A stretch of DNA of 63,587 nucleotides, filler included, from Octopus bimaculoides (GCF_001194135.2; 4 parts of 4 records of this genome joined end to end with filler, not necessarily neighbours in it); one strand, 5' to 3'; positions 51,500 through 63,089 are shown, counted from the first letter of the whole stretch. A program made the numbers and translations. The notes: a model not told the origin generated them from the letters alone.

Positions 51500-53935
51500 A
51501 GTTGGAATATAGGTTGTTTAAGGGTGATGAAAGAAACACTCATGTGCATCCTTTCAGATCACCTTTTCTAAGTCACAACCAGCTCTTGTCCCAACCAGTG
51601 CTTGCTTTGTTTCTAGTGTATTGCCTATCCCATAAATTTGTCCTTCCGTTCCTCTCCAAGTTCATTTTCCACTCTTCCTGCATTCATTTGGTGTTAGTGT
51701 ATCAGCAAATTTCAGTGTGTCAAGGTCTCTTACTTTTGATATTGTGTTACCCTTTACATTTTTAAGGTACCAAACTAGATTGCTTTCTATATTCTTGACA
51801 CAAGTTTCACCACTTCTTAGTCCTCTACCTCCTTACTTTTTTCCGTCTTGTGGCATCACTTCTTGGGTGGCATTCCCTATGCACTGTCATCATTTCTCGA
51901 TTTAATAATTCCTGCCCCGTACTGTATACAAGACAGAGCCCACATATTCTTTACCTTGATCTTTTTCCTTCAATTTAGACATTACCAGTCTCACCTGCCT
52001 GAGATATTCTTCTTTGAACATCTTCATTTCTTTCTCTTTGATCTTATCCAACTCAAAGACTCCCAGATACTTGTATTTTTCCTCTCTCACTTTCTTAATA
52101 ATCTGGTCATTCACAAGTTTAGATCCTCTGTTCTTTGTTAGTTTTCCATGTTTCAGGGTTATAATAGCCCATTTTTGATCCCAAACTCCATCCCAGTATC
52201 CAAACTAATCAGCTTTATAGTAGATGTTAATGTGTCAATTTCAACCTCATTTATCTCAAATAGCTTTAAATCATCCATGAATAACAGATGATTGATCTTA
52301 ATACCATCTAGCACGTATCCCATTTCCACTTTTATAAGAACATGAGTCTGGGGGATCATGTAGGTGACAAATAAGAGTGGTGATAAGGTGTCTCCCTGAA
52401 ATATACCCCTGTATGTTGACAGATCCTAACTGTTCCCCACAGGGAATTAACTCTGCTTCCTGATGGCCAGCAATCTTTCTGTAAAACTATATTCAATGTC
52501 TGGTACTNNNNNNNNNNNNNNNNNNNNNNNNNNNNNNNNNNNNNNNNNNNNNNNNNNNNNNNNNNNNNNNNNNNNNNNNNNNNNNNNNNNNNNNNNNNNN
52601 NNNNNNNNNNNNNNNNNNNNNNNNNNNNNNNNNNNNNNNNNNNNNNNNNNNNNNNNNNNNNNNNNNNNNNNNNNNNNNNNNNNNNNNNNNGTCCACCCAA
52701 GCCATGTATCACTTTTTACAATCTGCAAGGATTGTTTTATCAATCAGAAGTTCATCTTTTCTACCCCTGCTGTTCTTTTGACACCATTTCTGCCATTTCT
52801 GCCCTTCCAGTAGAATTTCGTTTTCCTCAAGAAACTTATTCATGGTCTCAGAGATGATCTCAGTCACAAGTGTCCACATTAGTGCAAACAAGATATGAGT
52901 CTATAACGATCTACTACAATGCCTTTAGCAGTGTCCTTCCGACAGAGCACAGTCCTACCTGCTGTCATCCATAAAGGTATCTCTGCTTGGTTATTTGACA
53001 TACCATTTGTTTGAGCTATAATTTGTGCATGTAAAGATGTCAGCTTCTTCAAACGAAAAGCTGAGGATCTCATCAGGACCAAGAGCCTCCTGTTTGAGAA
53101 TTTATTTGGTTCGCATGCATACCATTAGTATTGTTATTTCAATATCACTTTGCTTCACATTTGTGTTATTCTCCTTCGGTCCCTTCAGCCATTCAGCCAT
53201 TTTATTACGCTGTAGCTCATTATCCCAGATGTTTGACTGAAATCTTTTGCTTTCTTTTACATTCGGTGTCACTCTTTCTTTCTTACATTTACCCTTGAGG
53301 TCTTGGTAAATTCTTTTCAAATCATACTAGAACATTCCATTGATTTTGTATTGTGTTCTTTGATCAGATCTTTTCAGCCTGGATGCCTTGGTCTGCTCTC
53401 TTTGTTTCAACTCCTCAATAATGACATGTGTACCTTTCTTCAATGAATTATACTTCTTTTCTCTTTCAAGATGGTTATGCTTCTTTATTTCCCCTCTTTT
53501 TACATTCCAAGATGTTAATATGCTTTCTTAATCCATCGATTCTCTAATTCTTCTCTTCTGTCATGGTTCCTGCCCTTTTTTTCCCATTCAATGGATTTAC
53601 AAATACCATTTTCCTTGCAACAAACACAGACATAGCACCACAAGTTTATTTGTATCAGATACGTTTTCCTTTCTAATATCTTTCAGTACATCGTTCAACA
53701 TTTTTTTGCTCGTTCATCCAGAGATGTTTCCTCCACCTTCTTCTGTCCCTGTGCTTGGTTCACTTTGCCCTCCTTCAGGATCTCCATGATCTTGCTAATC
53801 ATCTCCTTATTCTTTTCATTCATCTCCAGGATCACTGACTCGCTTTGAAGCTCATTTTTGTTCATCTCCTTCTTTACTTTTTCATCAGCATCATAATCAT
53901 CATCCTCAACTGTGACCTCTCTCTGCAGATACAAT
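51500..53935 (-). mobile_element. Long degenerate R4/Dong-type LINE (N-terminus through RT)
   Basis: RIYQDLKG...WLKG, IPLWMTAGRTVLC.KD...YRLISCL, GIFQGDTLSPL, KINHLLFMDDLKLF, YKYLGVFELDKIKEKEMK and LRKGDLK; abuts (TTA)n at 53940. Confidence 0.92.
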
Positions 53936-53940
53936 TCTCC

Positions 53941-53993
<53 letters not shown>

Positions 53994-54254
53994 GTGATGG
54001 TGATGGTGATGGTGATGGTGGTGGTGGTGGTGGTGGTGATGATNNNNNNNNNNNNNNNNNNNNNNNNNNNNNNNNNNNNNNNNNNNNNNNNNNNNNNNNN
54101 NNNNNNNNNNNNNNNNNNNNNNNNNNNNNNNNNNNNNNNNNNNNNNNNNNNNNNNNNNNNNNNNNNNNNNNNNNNNNNNNNNNNNNNNNNNNNNNNNNNN
54201 NNNNNNNNNNNNNNNNNNNAAGCAGTCCTTGTGGCAAAAATTTGAAATCAATAT

Positions 54255-54439
54255 TATTATTATTATCATTATTCAGTAGTCTTATTTTTATCACATGTTT
54301 TTGTTACCCTACTGAGTGCAGCTCTGTGTACTTTGGGCACATACTGTAGTTTGTTTTGGTGCTCTTACTTCCACTGTATCGAAAATGTTTTACATAGGAT
54401 GGGTGCAGTGCCTAGTAGTACTATTTTCAGTATGTTATA
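54255..54439 (-). mobile_element. R4/Dong-type 3' end, separated from its RLE domain by the mariner insertion
   Basis: YNILKIVLLGTAPILCKTFSIQ* on -. Confidence 0.8.
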
Positions 54440-55767
54440 TTAGGTCGTCAAATATGAAATTTATAGTAAGGTATAGGGTAAACTTTGACAGCTGCTCATT
54501 TTGCACCATTATTATATTTTGACAATCTTTATTTTTGTTAGAAAGCTGACATCTATTTCTTTATTCTAACCCATTTTGTGTTTTATAAAGTATTTATAAA
54601 TTGTGTTTTGCTATTTCTGTTTAGAGATGAATAAGTAGGAAATTTGTACAGTTTTGAAATATGAGTTCTTTCTTGGAAATACAGTATCACAGACGGCTTG
54701 GAATATTAATGGAGTATTTCATTCTAATATTATAACACAGCGGACAGTATCACATTGGTTTGCAAAATTTCGTTCTGGTAACTTTGTCCTCACAAATGAG
54801 CAATGCGGTCGACCAGAAACAAAGGCGGATAATGACGAACTGAAAGCCACCATCGAGTCAGATCCATCTCAAAGTGCCCGTGAATTATCATTGTTGTTTG
54901 GTGTTAGCAAGCAAACAATATTGACTCACCTGGTTCAAATCGGTAAAGTGAAAAAGTTGGATAAGTGGGTTCCATATGAACTCAATGGAAATCAGAAACA
55001 GCAACGTTTGGAAGCCCGCATTATGCTACTTTCTCGTCACAAAAATGAATCATTTTTTAATCGAATTGTANNNNNNNNNNNNNNNNNNNNNNNNNNNNNN
55101 NNNNNNNNNNNNNNNNNNNNNNNNNNNNNNNNNNNNNNNNNNNNNNNNNNNNNNNNNNNNNNNNNNNNNNNNNNNNNNNNNNNNNNNNNNNNNNNNNNNN
55201 NNNNNNNNNNNNNNNNNNNNNNNNNNNNNNNNNNNNNNNNNNNNNNNNNNNNNNNNNNNNNNNNNNNNNNNNNNNNNNNNNNNNNNNNNNNNNNNNNNNN
55301 NNNNNNNNNNNNNNNNNNNNNNNNNNNNNNNNNNNNNNNNNNNNNNNNNNNNNNNNNNNNNNNNNNNNNNNNNNNNNNNNNNNNNNNNNNNNNNNNNNNN
55401 NNNNNNNNNNNNNNNNNNNNNNNNNNNNNNNNNNNNNNNNNNNNNNNNNNNNNNNNNNNNNNNNNNNNNNNNNNNNNNNNNNNNNNNNNNNNNNNNNCAC
55501 CTGACTACCACTTCTGCCAGAATTTGGATAACTTTTTGATAGGAAAACAATTTAATTCCGATGATGCTGTAAAACAGGCCTTCCAAGATTTTATTCACTC
55601 TAGATTGCCAGGCTTTTACAGTTCTGGGCTGGACAACCTGACACTGAAATGGCAAAAGTGTGTCGACAATATGGGTGCAAACTTTGATGAATAAAACTAT
55701 TCCTTGTATTTATAAAACATTTGCAAACTTTTTTTCTTTTCTACAAATTTCATACTTGACAACCTTA
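54440..55767 (+). mobile_element. Full-length mariner transposon (1328 bp) with both TIRs and TA duplication
   Basis: ta|TTAGGTCGTCAAATATGAAATTT ... AAATTTCATACTTGACAACCTTA|ta; ORF 54654-55694 with WFAKFRSGNF, KKLDKWVPYEL and PDYHF; the centre is an N-gap. Confidence 0.95.
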
Positions 55768-55769
55768 TA

Positions 55770-56190
55770 TTATTAATTCTGTCTTAAGGCTCCACATTTG
55801 AGTTATCTCTATTTGCAGATCTTTATATTTCAAGAGTTCCTCCATTTCTTTTAGAGATACATTATCATCTGTTGGTATTGATACGTTAATTAGATGGCAT
55901 TGGTTTTTTGGGGTTTTTTTCTTGGTGACAGCTATATCTGGTCTATTGGTCTTGAATTCTTTATCTGTGTGTATTGACATATCCCAGAATATGGTTGCTT
56001 TGTCATTTTCTAAGACCTTTTCTGGGATATGCCTATACCATCTTTTTTCTTTTATTCCATAGCGTTGGCGTAGCTTCCAGTGTATATATGTCCCAACACT
56101 TCCATGTCTGTGGATATATTCCTCCTTAGCCAGGAGTGGGCAGCCAGAGACAATATGATTTATTGTTACTACCCCATCACTACATATCAT
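55770..56190 (-). mobile_element. R4/Dong-type LINE CCHC + restriction-like endonuclease domain
   Basis: TINHIVSGCPLLAKEEYIHRHGSVG...TDKEFKTNRPDI...INVSIPTD...KYKDLQIEITQMW. Confidence 0.92.
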
Positions 56191-56231
56191 TATTATTATT
56201 ATTATCATTGGCCCTCATAGCCAATAAAAGA

Positions 56232-56262
<31 letters not shown>

Positions 56263-56658
56263 TGATGAAAACTCTCAGCTTATTTTGTTTGGTATGATGG
56301 AAAGTGTCAGCTGTCCACAACCAGTATTTGAGACAACTTACTGATTGTCTTAAACTACATACACACACACACATACACACATACACACATACACACACAC
56401 ATATCAGAGGCGACTCCAGGTCCTCAGTGTCACTTGGGCTCCTCACAGATTTTGCATAAGACACATGCTTGTTTGAAGAATTACACATTTTTCCACTTTA
56501 TTTCTAGTCCCAAACAAATGGCTTACTTTTTTTATATCTAGCACTATGTCATTTTCCATTTGGGTTAAAATAAAGCAAACCTGCAAAACACAACTGATCT
56601 TTACACATGGACGCACAGAATAACAGCAATCAAATAACGACAGACATCAGTGATCTGA

Positions 56659-56730
56659 CTCTTGATCGCCTGTATACTTGGTCGCCTGTACTCTTGATCG
56701 CCTGTACTCTTGATCGCCTGTACTCTTGAC
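56659..56730. repeat. 16-bp minisatellite x4.5 (ctcttgatcgcctgta)
   Basis: Seen directly; unit 2 is variant. Confidence 0.92.
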
Positions 56731-57332
56731 AAGAGATGCCAGTTAGTTTTTTTACACCTACCAGGCACGTTCGTATCAGCCTGAGTTGCTGGTTAAATTT
56801 TCGTTCCTTTAAGAATATTGTAGAATGGAAACTTTTCATAGATTAGAATTTAAACCCTCATCTCTATAAAAATTTATTGCTTTAATACATAGAATTTGAA
56901 TTACTTTTGCCTTTTATGATTATAGATAACAACTTGGGTTGTAACTTCTGAGCCTGAGTCAGACACATGTTAACGATGTCGAGAGAACGTCTGCTACAAA
57001 TGATATTCGTTGACATAGGGCACCTCTAAGACAACCGCCAGACGTTGAACGAAAATAAATAAACTGCAACCAGGCTCAATTAAAGGAGACTGAGTTATTG
57101 GCTGCAATTACATACTTGAAGTCAGTGTTGGCAGAAATTAAATCAGCTTGCAAATACACGTTCGCTTTACTAAATTTATACTTGGGCTAAGTGCCAAACA
57201 GCCCGAGTGCCAGAGTCNNNNNNNNNNAATTTATACTTGGGCTAAGTGCCAAACAGCCCGAGTGCCAGAGTCACCACTATCGCTAAATCCACAATTTTTT
57301 TTTATTCTCTCTCTGACTATATCCACATATTC

Positions 57333-57440
57333 CATTCTGTCTAAGAGTGTAGGCTCGAAACGTAAAGAATTTTCTCATATTCCCAAGCATCAAACCAATA
57401 CACCTGCTTGTTGTTTATACACCTCTCTTTATCTTTTGTT
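57333..57440 (+). mobile_element. Short repeat-like segment with a hammerhead-like 3' half (GAGT-gtag-GCTC-GAAACGTA)
   Basis: Helix II, GAAA and palindromic ACGT are present; CTGANGA is degenerate (ctgtcta). Confidence 0.35.
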
Positions 57441-58032
57441 TTTTCTGTAAATTTCAACTATATATATTAGAGCCTGATGTAGACTTGCCAGCTCCGGTCT
57501 AACTGTCCAACCCATGCCAGCATGGAAAAACAGACATTGGATGATGATGATGATGATGGTGATATAGACATAAATACCTATATACATATGGGAATGTATA
57601 TTTGTAAATCTAAATCTAAGTAATATCTATATTTATATATACAATGATGGCACTATGCATATCTGTGCGTCTGTGTGTATACACACACATACATACACAT
57701 GTACATACATGTGTGTGTGTGTATATATATCTATATCTGCATAGATGCCTTTAGTTTTGTATATAAGTATGCATGTGTGTTTGTGTCTGTATACACATCT
57801 ATAAGTGTGTCTCTGTGTGTGTGTAAATATATGTTAGCTCAGGACCACCACCCCACCCCTGCCACCAATGTTTAATGTTTTCCCCAATCTAAAAATCTAT
57901 TTCATTCATTACAAATGTTTATTTCAATAGAAATTAATGTTTCACTGGAGATTTTCAACATTAATTGTTCGTATTAATGTTTGTATTGTCATCACCGTCT
58001 TCGACTCTGGCATCGTCATCACCGTTGTCATC

Positions 58033-58093
58033 ATGGAAGCCAACAATTCCGACATCTACAATCAAAGATTAAAATATCTCTCTTCTGCCGACG
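58033..58093 (+). CDS. Candidate first coding exon (MEANNSDIYNQRLKYLSSAD)
   Basis: catcATGG context, ACG|gtaggt donor, CpG-retaining unique island; phase-compatible with 59906. Confidence 0.2.
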
Positions 58094-58209
58094 GTAGGTA
58101 TACCCAAGTGTGTGTGATGGATAACAGCCACCAAACTATCACATGGTCAATGAGGAAACCTTCTAGCTGCTAGAAATAGCAGTCAAATGTTTCCTCCTAT
58201 CACATTTTA

Positions 58210-58457
58210 TATTTTGTCTTTCATCTTTTACGTGTTTCAGTCATTAGATTGTGGCCATGTTGGGGCACCACCTTGAGGAATTTCCAATCGAATGAATCGA
58301 CCCTAGTACTCATATTTTTTATTTTTGCTAAGCCCTCTACATATTCTATCAGTCTTTTTTTTTTGCTGAACCACTAAGTTATGGGGATGTAAATACACCA
58401 ACACTGGTTGTCAAGTAGTGGTGGGGGACAAACACAGACTCAAAGACACACAGAGAA

Positions 58458-58504
<47 letters not shown>

Positions 58505-59050
58505 CACAGGAGTGGCTGTGTGATAAGTAGCTTGCTTACCAACCACATGGTTATGGGTTCAGTTCCACTGCCTGGCACCCTAGGCAAGTGTCTTCTACTA
58601 TAGCCTCGGGCCGACTAAAGCCTTGTGAGTGGATTTGGCAGACAGAAACTGAAAGAAGCCCGTTGTATATATATGTGTGTGTCTGTTTTTGTCTTCCACC
58701 ATTGCTTGACAACTGATGTTGGTTTGTTTACATCCCTGTAACTTAGCGATTCGGCAAAAGAGACTGATAGAATAAATACTAGGCTTATGAAGAATAAGTC
58801 CTGGCGTTGATTTGTTTGACTAAAGGTGGTGCTCCAGCATGGCCGCAATGAAATGACTAAAACAAATAAAAGGGAAAAAATACGTATATACGACGGGCTT
58901 CTTTCAGTTTCCGTCTACCAAATCCACTTACAAAGCTTTGGTTGGCCCATGGCTACAGTAGAAGACACTTGCCCGAATTGCCACACAGTGGGACTGAACT
59001 TGGAACCATGTGATTGAGAAGCAAGTTTCTTACCACACAGCCATGCCTGC
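58210..59050. mobile_element. Three CORE-like SINE pieces in -/+/- arrangement
   Basis: 3' half on - (58220-58450), full copy on + (58503-58870), 5' half on - (58885-59050). Confidence 0.88.
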
Positions 59051-59905
59051 TATCTTTTTTAAAAGAAGGTATGGTCACATTGTATAATGTAAGCCAAAAT
59101 ATAATAAAATATATGAAGGGTTAAATGGGATGGTCATGTTCAGAATGTCTCATGCTTTTGGCTTTTTGGATCAACAACAAAATCAATGACAGTAGATTTG
59201 TTGGAATGTATAACCAAATACCTTGTGGTATTTATTCTCTCTCTCTACTTTCTGAGTTCAAATCCTGCTGAAGTCTTTTCTCCCTTCAGGGTCAGTAAAA
59301 TTAAGGACCGGTCCCTGTCAGTGGATTAGTGGACTGTTAGAACAACAGACATGATACCTTATGGTATTTGACCCACCTTTTTCATTTCTGAGTTCAAATC
59401 CCATGGTTGGCTTAGTCCATCTCCTAATTTAACCCCCAACCCCTGGTCCCTTTAGTGAAAGCCACTCTCTTTCAAGCACTCAAGCCGGGTCTCCAGTTTG
59501 CATAAAGTCCACCTGTTCCTAAGGCTCTGATAAAAGTAAAGGGTGATGGATGCAGGCCCTCACTTCCTGTTTTTGTAGTCAGTTGACCTGTTAGAAACAG
59601 CTGTCAAATCACCATAAATCATCCTTTCTGCCATCTTTAGAAAAGTACAAGACACTTATGATGATGGATTCCAAGATACACTATGCCTGACATAAAGAAA
59701 ATGAAGATGGGGTGCTCATGGTGGGACTGCCTGTGATTGTACATTTTTCTGAATCAAGACTGACCTGGGCTAAACAACCACTGCAAACCAGCTGCAGGGC
59801 TTTTAAACAGTTGCTTAACCTGCTAAAAATAGTAGTTAAATCTCCCTCAAATTGCACAGCGCCATCTTAAAGAAAGGAAGAGAACATTTCATAAATTAAT
59901 CCTAG

Positions 59906-60177
59906 ATACACAATGCCTCACAGAGAATGTTCGATACAAGGAAAGAACGTTTGGAATGATGGTCATGAGCGGAACGTCTTTGATCGTGCCCGTGTTCTCA
60001 GTCGGGGTTGACCTGGAGCTTAGCAACGAAACAACTGCAATGGCAGCGAAGATATCAAAGACAATAAGAACCACAGTAACAACCACAACAACATCAAAGA
60101 CAACAGCAGCATCAACATCAAAGATAACAACAACAACAGCATCAACAACAACAACAGTGCCAGTACCAATATCATGA
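59906..60177 (+). CDS. Candidate exon ending in a Thr-rich low-complexity tail
   Basis: cctag acceptor, open frame TQCLTENVRYKERTFGMMVMSG...TTTTVPVPIS*; a - strand frame is also open, so strand is ambiguous. Confidence 0.15.
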
Positions 60178-60418
60178 GTTAGCAATGCAGACATTAATCT
60201 CAACATTTCATATATAAATTGTCCTGTGAGAGAAGAGTCGCTTCTAAAGTAAAAAGTCATATTGACTGAAATAGAAATAGATTTTCTATTGTGGAGGGCA
60301 TTAAAAGATTGGACGGTTGTGGGGGGAGAGGCATTTTCCTCTGAGTGTGCATAATTCTGTGCATTTACTGTATATATTTGTACATCGAAATATATATATG
60401 TATTTACATATGTGTGTC

Positions 60419-60469
<51 letters not shown>

Positions 60470-61170
60470 ATATATNNNNNNNNNNNNNNNNNNNNNNNNN
60501 NNNNNNNNNNNNNNNNNNNNNNNNNNNNNNNNNNNNNNNNNNNNNNNNNNNNNNNNNNNNNNNNNNNNNNNNNNNNNNNTATCTACACACACACATATAT
60601 TCACTGTCATTTACACACACTCAAATTTACACAGGCAGACATGTGTATATGCAGTTACTCATGTACACACACACACACACATACGTACACATATATTAAT
60701 AGGCTTTAAATGAGATTCTTTAATTGTTAAGCCATTGTAGTTTATACTTGATCTGTATTGTTTTATATTTGGTTTCTATTTTAGTTCATATTATATTCTC
60801 TTATATTCTCGTGTTCAACTGAAGTCTCGACATTTGTTTCGCTGCTGTTTGTGATGACGGCTTCATGAAGGAACAGAACTGCTGCCAATTTACATCAAAT
60901 GGAATCTAGAATTGTAAGCAATTACACAAGACTTAATGGCAGTTTTGGTTTCACTGCTAATTAACGAGCAACTGATAGACGGCGTTTCTAAACAGTGGTG
61001 GTGGTAGTGGTGATGGTGGTGGGCAAAAACATACATTGGAGGGAAGAATTAGACATCATTATTCAGGGTTGATAGAAATAAGAGCTAAAACATGATCACT
61101 TTATTCTCTTTAAAAAGAGAAGGACATTTTGGTATACAATGTTGTACATATATATATATGTATGTATAAA

Positions 61171-61333
61171 TTTAGTAAATGGAGTAAAACGCATATGTTA
61201 AATGGATTCTTTTATTTCCAACATATGTTTCGAAGATTACAAATTATACCTTCCATAGGAATAGGTGATGTTGATGAGGATGTAATCTTCTCTTCGAAAC
61301 ATATGTTGGAAATAAAAGAATCCATTTACTAAA
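61171..61333. repeat. Hairpin with perfect 37-bp arms, each containing CGAAACATATGTT
   Basis: 61200-61236 is the exact rc of 61291-61327; outer tttagtaaatgga/tccatttactaaa also pair. Confidence 0.9.
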
Positions 61334-61564
61334 TATATATATTTACTCAAGTACCCAAAATAACAAGGAGTTTCTACCTCATAAACAGGAGTTACACCAC
61401 AGTCATTTTGTGATCTTTGCTNNNNNNNNNNTTTCTACCTCATAAACAGGAGTTACACCACAGTCATTTTGTGATCTTTGCTACCCTGGTATCTATTAAC
61501 CAATTTATTTTGTCCGAGTTGATTATTAACTTAGAGAAAATAAATACATATAATAATATATATG

Positions 61565-61971
61565 TGTGTGAAGGTGCATGGCTCAGTGGTTAGAGCCTCG
61601 AGCTTACAATCATGAAGTTGTGGGTTTGATTCCCGAACTGGGCTGTGTTGTGTTCTTGAGCAAGACACTTTATTTCACATTGCTCTAGTTCACTCAGCTG
61701 TGGAAATGAGTAGCTGTATCGAGTAACAATGGTGGTATGCACGGGCGACTGCTGGTCTTCCATAAAAACAATCCTAGGTTGTGTATTCACCAGCGAGGTG
61801 ACTTTTCGCCCAGACTTGTACCCCAGAGGAGAAACTCTTAGTTGTCAAGTTTTTATATATATATATAACCACATGGTTCTGGGTTCAGTCCCACTGCATG
61901 GCAAGTATCTTCTACTATAGCCTCGGGCCTTGGGAGTGGATTTGGTAGACAGAAACTAAAAGAAGTCTGTC

Positions 61972-62010
<39 letters not shown>

Positions 62011-62051
62011 TATATGTTTGTGTGTCTGTGTTTGTCCCCCCAACATCGCTT
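61565..62051 (+). mobile_element. Two adjacent SINEs (61565-61760; CORE-like 61865-62051)
   Basis: A/B boxes tggctcagtggtt...ggtttgattccc; the second copy matches the CORE-like family. Confidence 0.85.
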
Positions 62052-62151
62052 NNNNNNNNNNNNNNNNNNNNNNNNNNNNNNNNNNNNNNNNNNNNTTAAT
62101 TAATTAANNNNNNNNNNNNNNNNNNNNNNNNNNNNNNNNNNNNNNNNNNNN
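62052..62151. other. Artificial scaffold join
   Basis: 44N-TTAATTAATTAA-44N. Confidence 0.95.
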
Positions 62152-62206
62152 CAGAGTATTATAGCAGCATTGTAACTGATAATTGAAAGGTATTGTTTTT
62201 TTACAG

Positions 62207-62258
62207 ATGACTTCTATTAATTGCAAATACGGCTACGGTGCCAAGTGGGCCACTTTTG
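62207..62258 (+). CDS. Candidate 52-nt exon (MTSINCKYGYGAKWATF)
   Basis: Strong acceptor ttgttttttacag and donor TTG|gtaagc; only one frame open. No homology recognised. Confidence 0.3.
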
Positions 62259-62686
62259 GTAAGCAGAACTGGTGATGTAATCATACACAGAAGTAGCGAT
62301 GAATGGGTAAATAATTGTTGGTAAACATTTAGTTGGAAAATATGTTTTGACCGTATATTGAAATGTTTGGTGCTACTTAAAATGATTTGAAAATTGTGTA
62401 AAATATACCTTAAATTATGCACTTTTTTCACAGTCGCGTGTATTCCCCTGTGTAGAATACAAATTCGCAAAGATTTTCTGAAAATTCCCCCAAAATGAAT
62501 AAGTTATGAGGGGTTATATGGCATGCGTAAAGCAGAGTTCTGTCAATATTTGTTTACAGTTGACAACACGTCCAGTCACTCACAAGATTACAGCGTCCAA
62601 ATTCTGTTTTCTGACTGGGTAAAAATGATCGAACTTAAAACCTCTGTAACTTTTTTCAAAAAATTTCTTGGAAAGTTAATTATCTT

Positions 62687-63050
62687 CTGAGATTCAGTGT
62701 TGAAAATTGCATCAATACACCAAATTTTAAAATTTTCACCAAACTTTAAAATTTCCACAGGTGCAGCCGAACAGAAAATATCTGTAATAAGCTATATCTG
62801 TTATTAATTAATAGTTAAGCGATATTATTTTTATCTTTTACTTGTTTTTGCCATTACATTGCGGCCATACTGGGGCACGGTCTTAAAGAATTTCTAGTCG
62901 AATGAGTTGATCCCAGTATTTATTTTTTGTTAAGCCTGATGCTTATTCTGGATCATTTCTGTTTGGCGGCACTTTTTGAAATTTTAAAATTAAGTAGTGA
63001 AAATTGTCAAATTTGGTGTATTGATGTAATTTTTCTCGCTAAATCTCGGG
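62687..63050. mobile_element. Old MITE-like inverted repeat (~90-bp arms) interrupted by a SINE fragment
   Basis: aaattgcatcaatacaccaaattt pairs with aaatttggtgtattgatgtaattt; SINE 3' piece on - at ~62855-62950. Confidence 0.75.
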
Positions 63051-63089
63051 TTCTAATTCACTTATTCCAGAAAAAAAAATTTTAAGTTA

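Noticed and set aside
54654-55694. Domesticated SETMAR-like host gene
   Set aside because: Intact TIRs, TA duplication and no SET domain indicate an ordinary mariner copy.
57168-57272. 45-bp direct repeat flanking a short N-run (likewise 61372-61483)
   Set aside because: Identical sequence on both sides of a ~10-N gap is a typical contig-overlap artefact.
60825-60870. GCGAAACAAATGTC on the - strand
   Set aside because: Core, helix I and helix II are missing.
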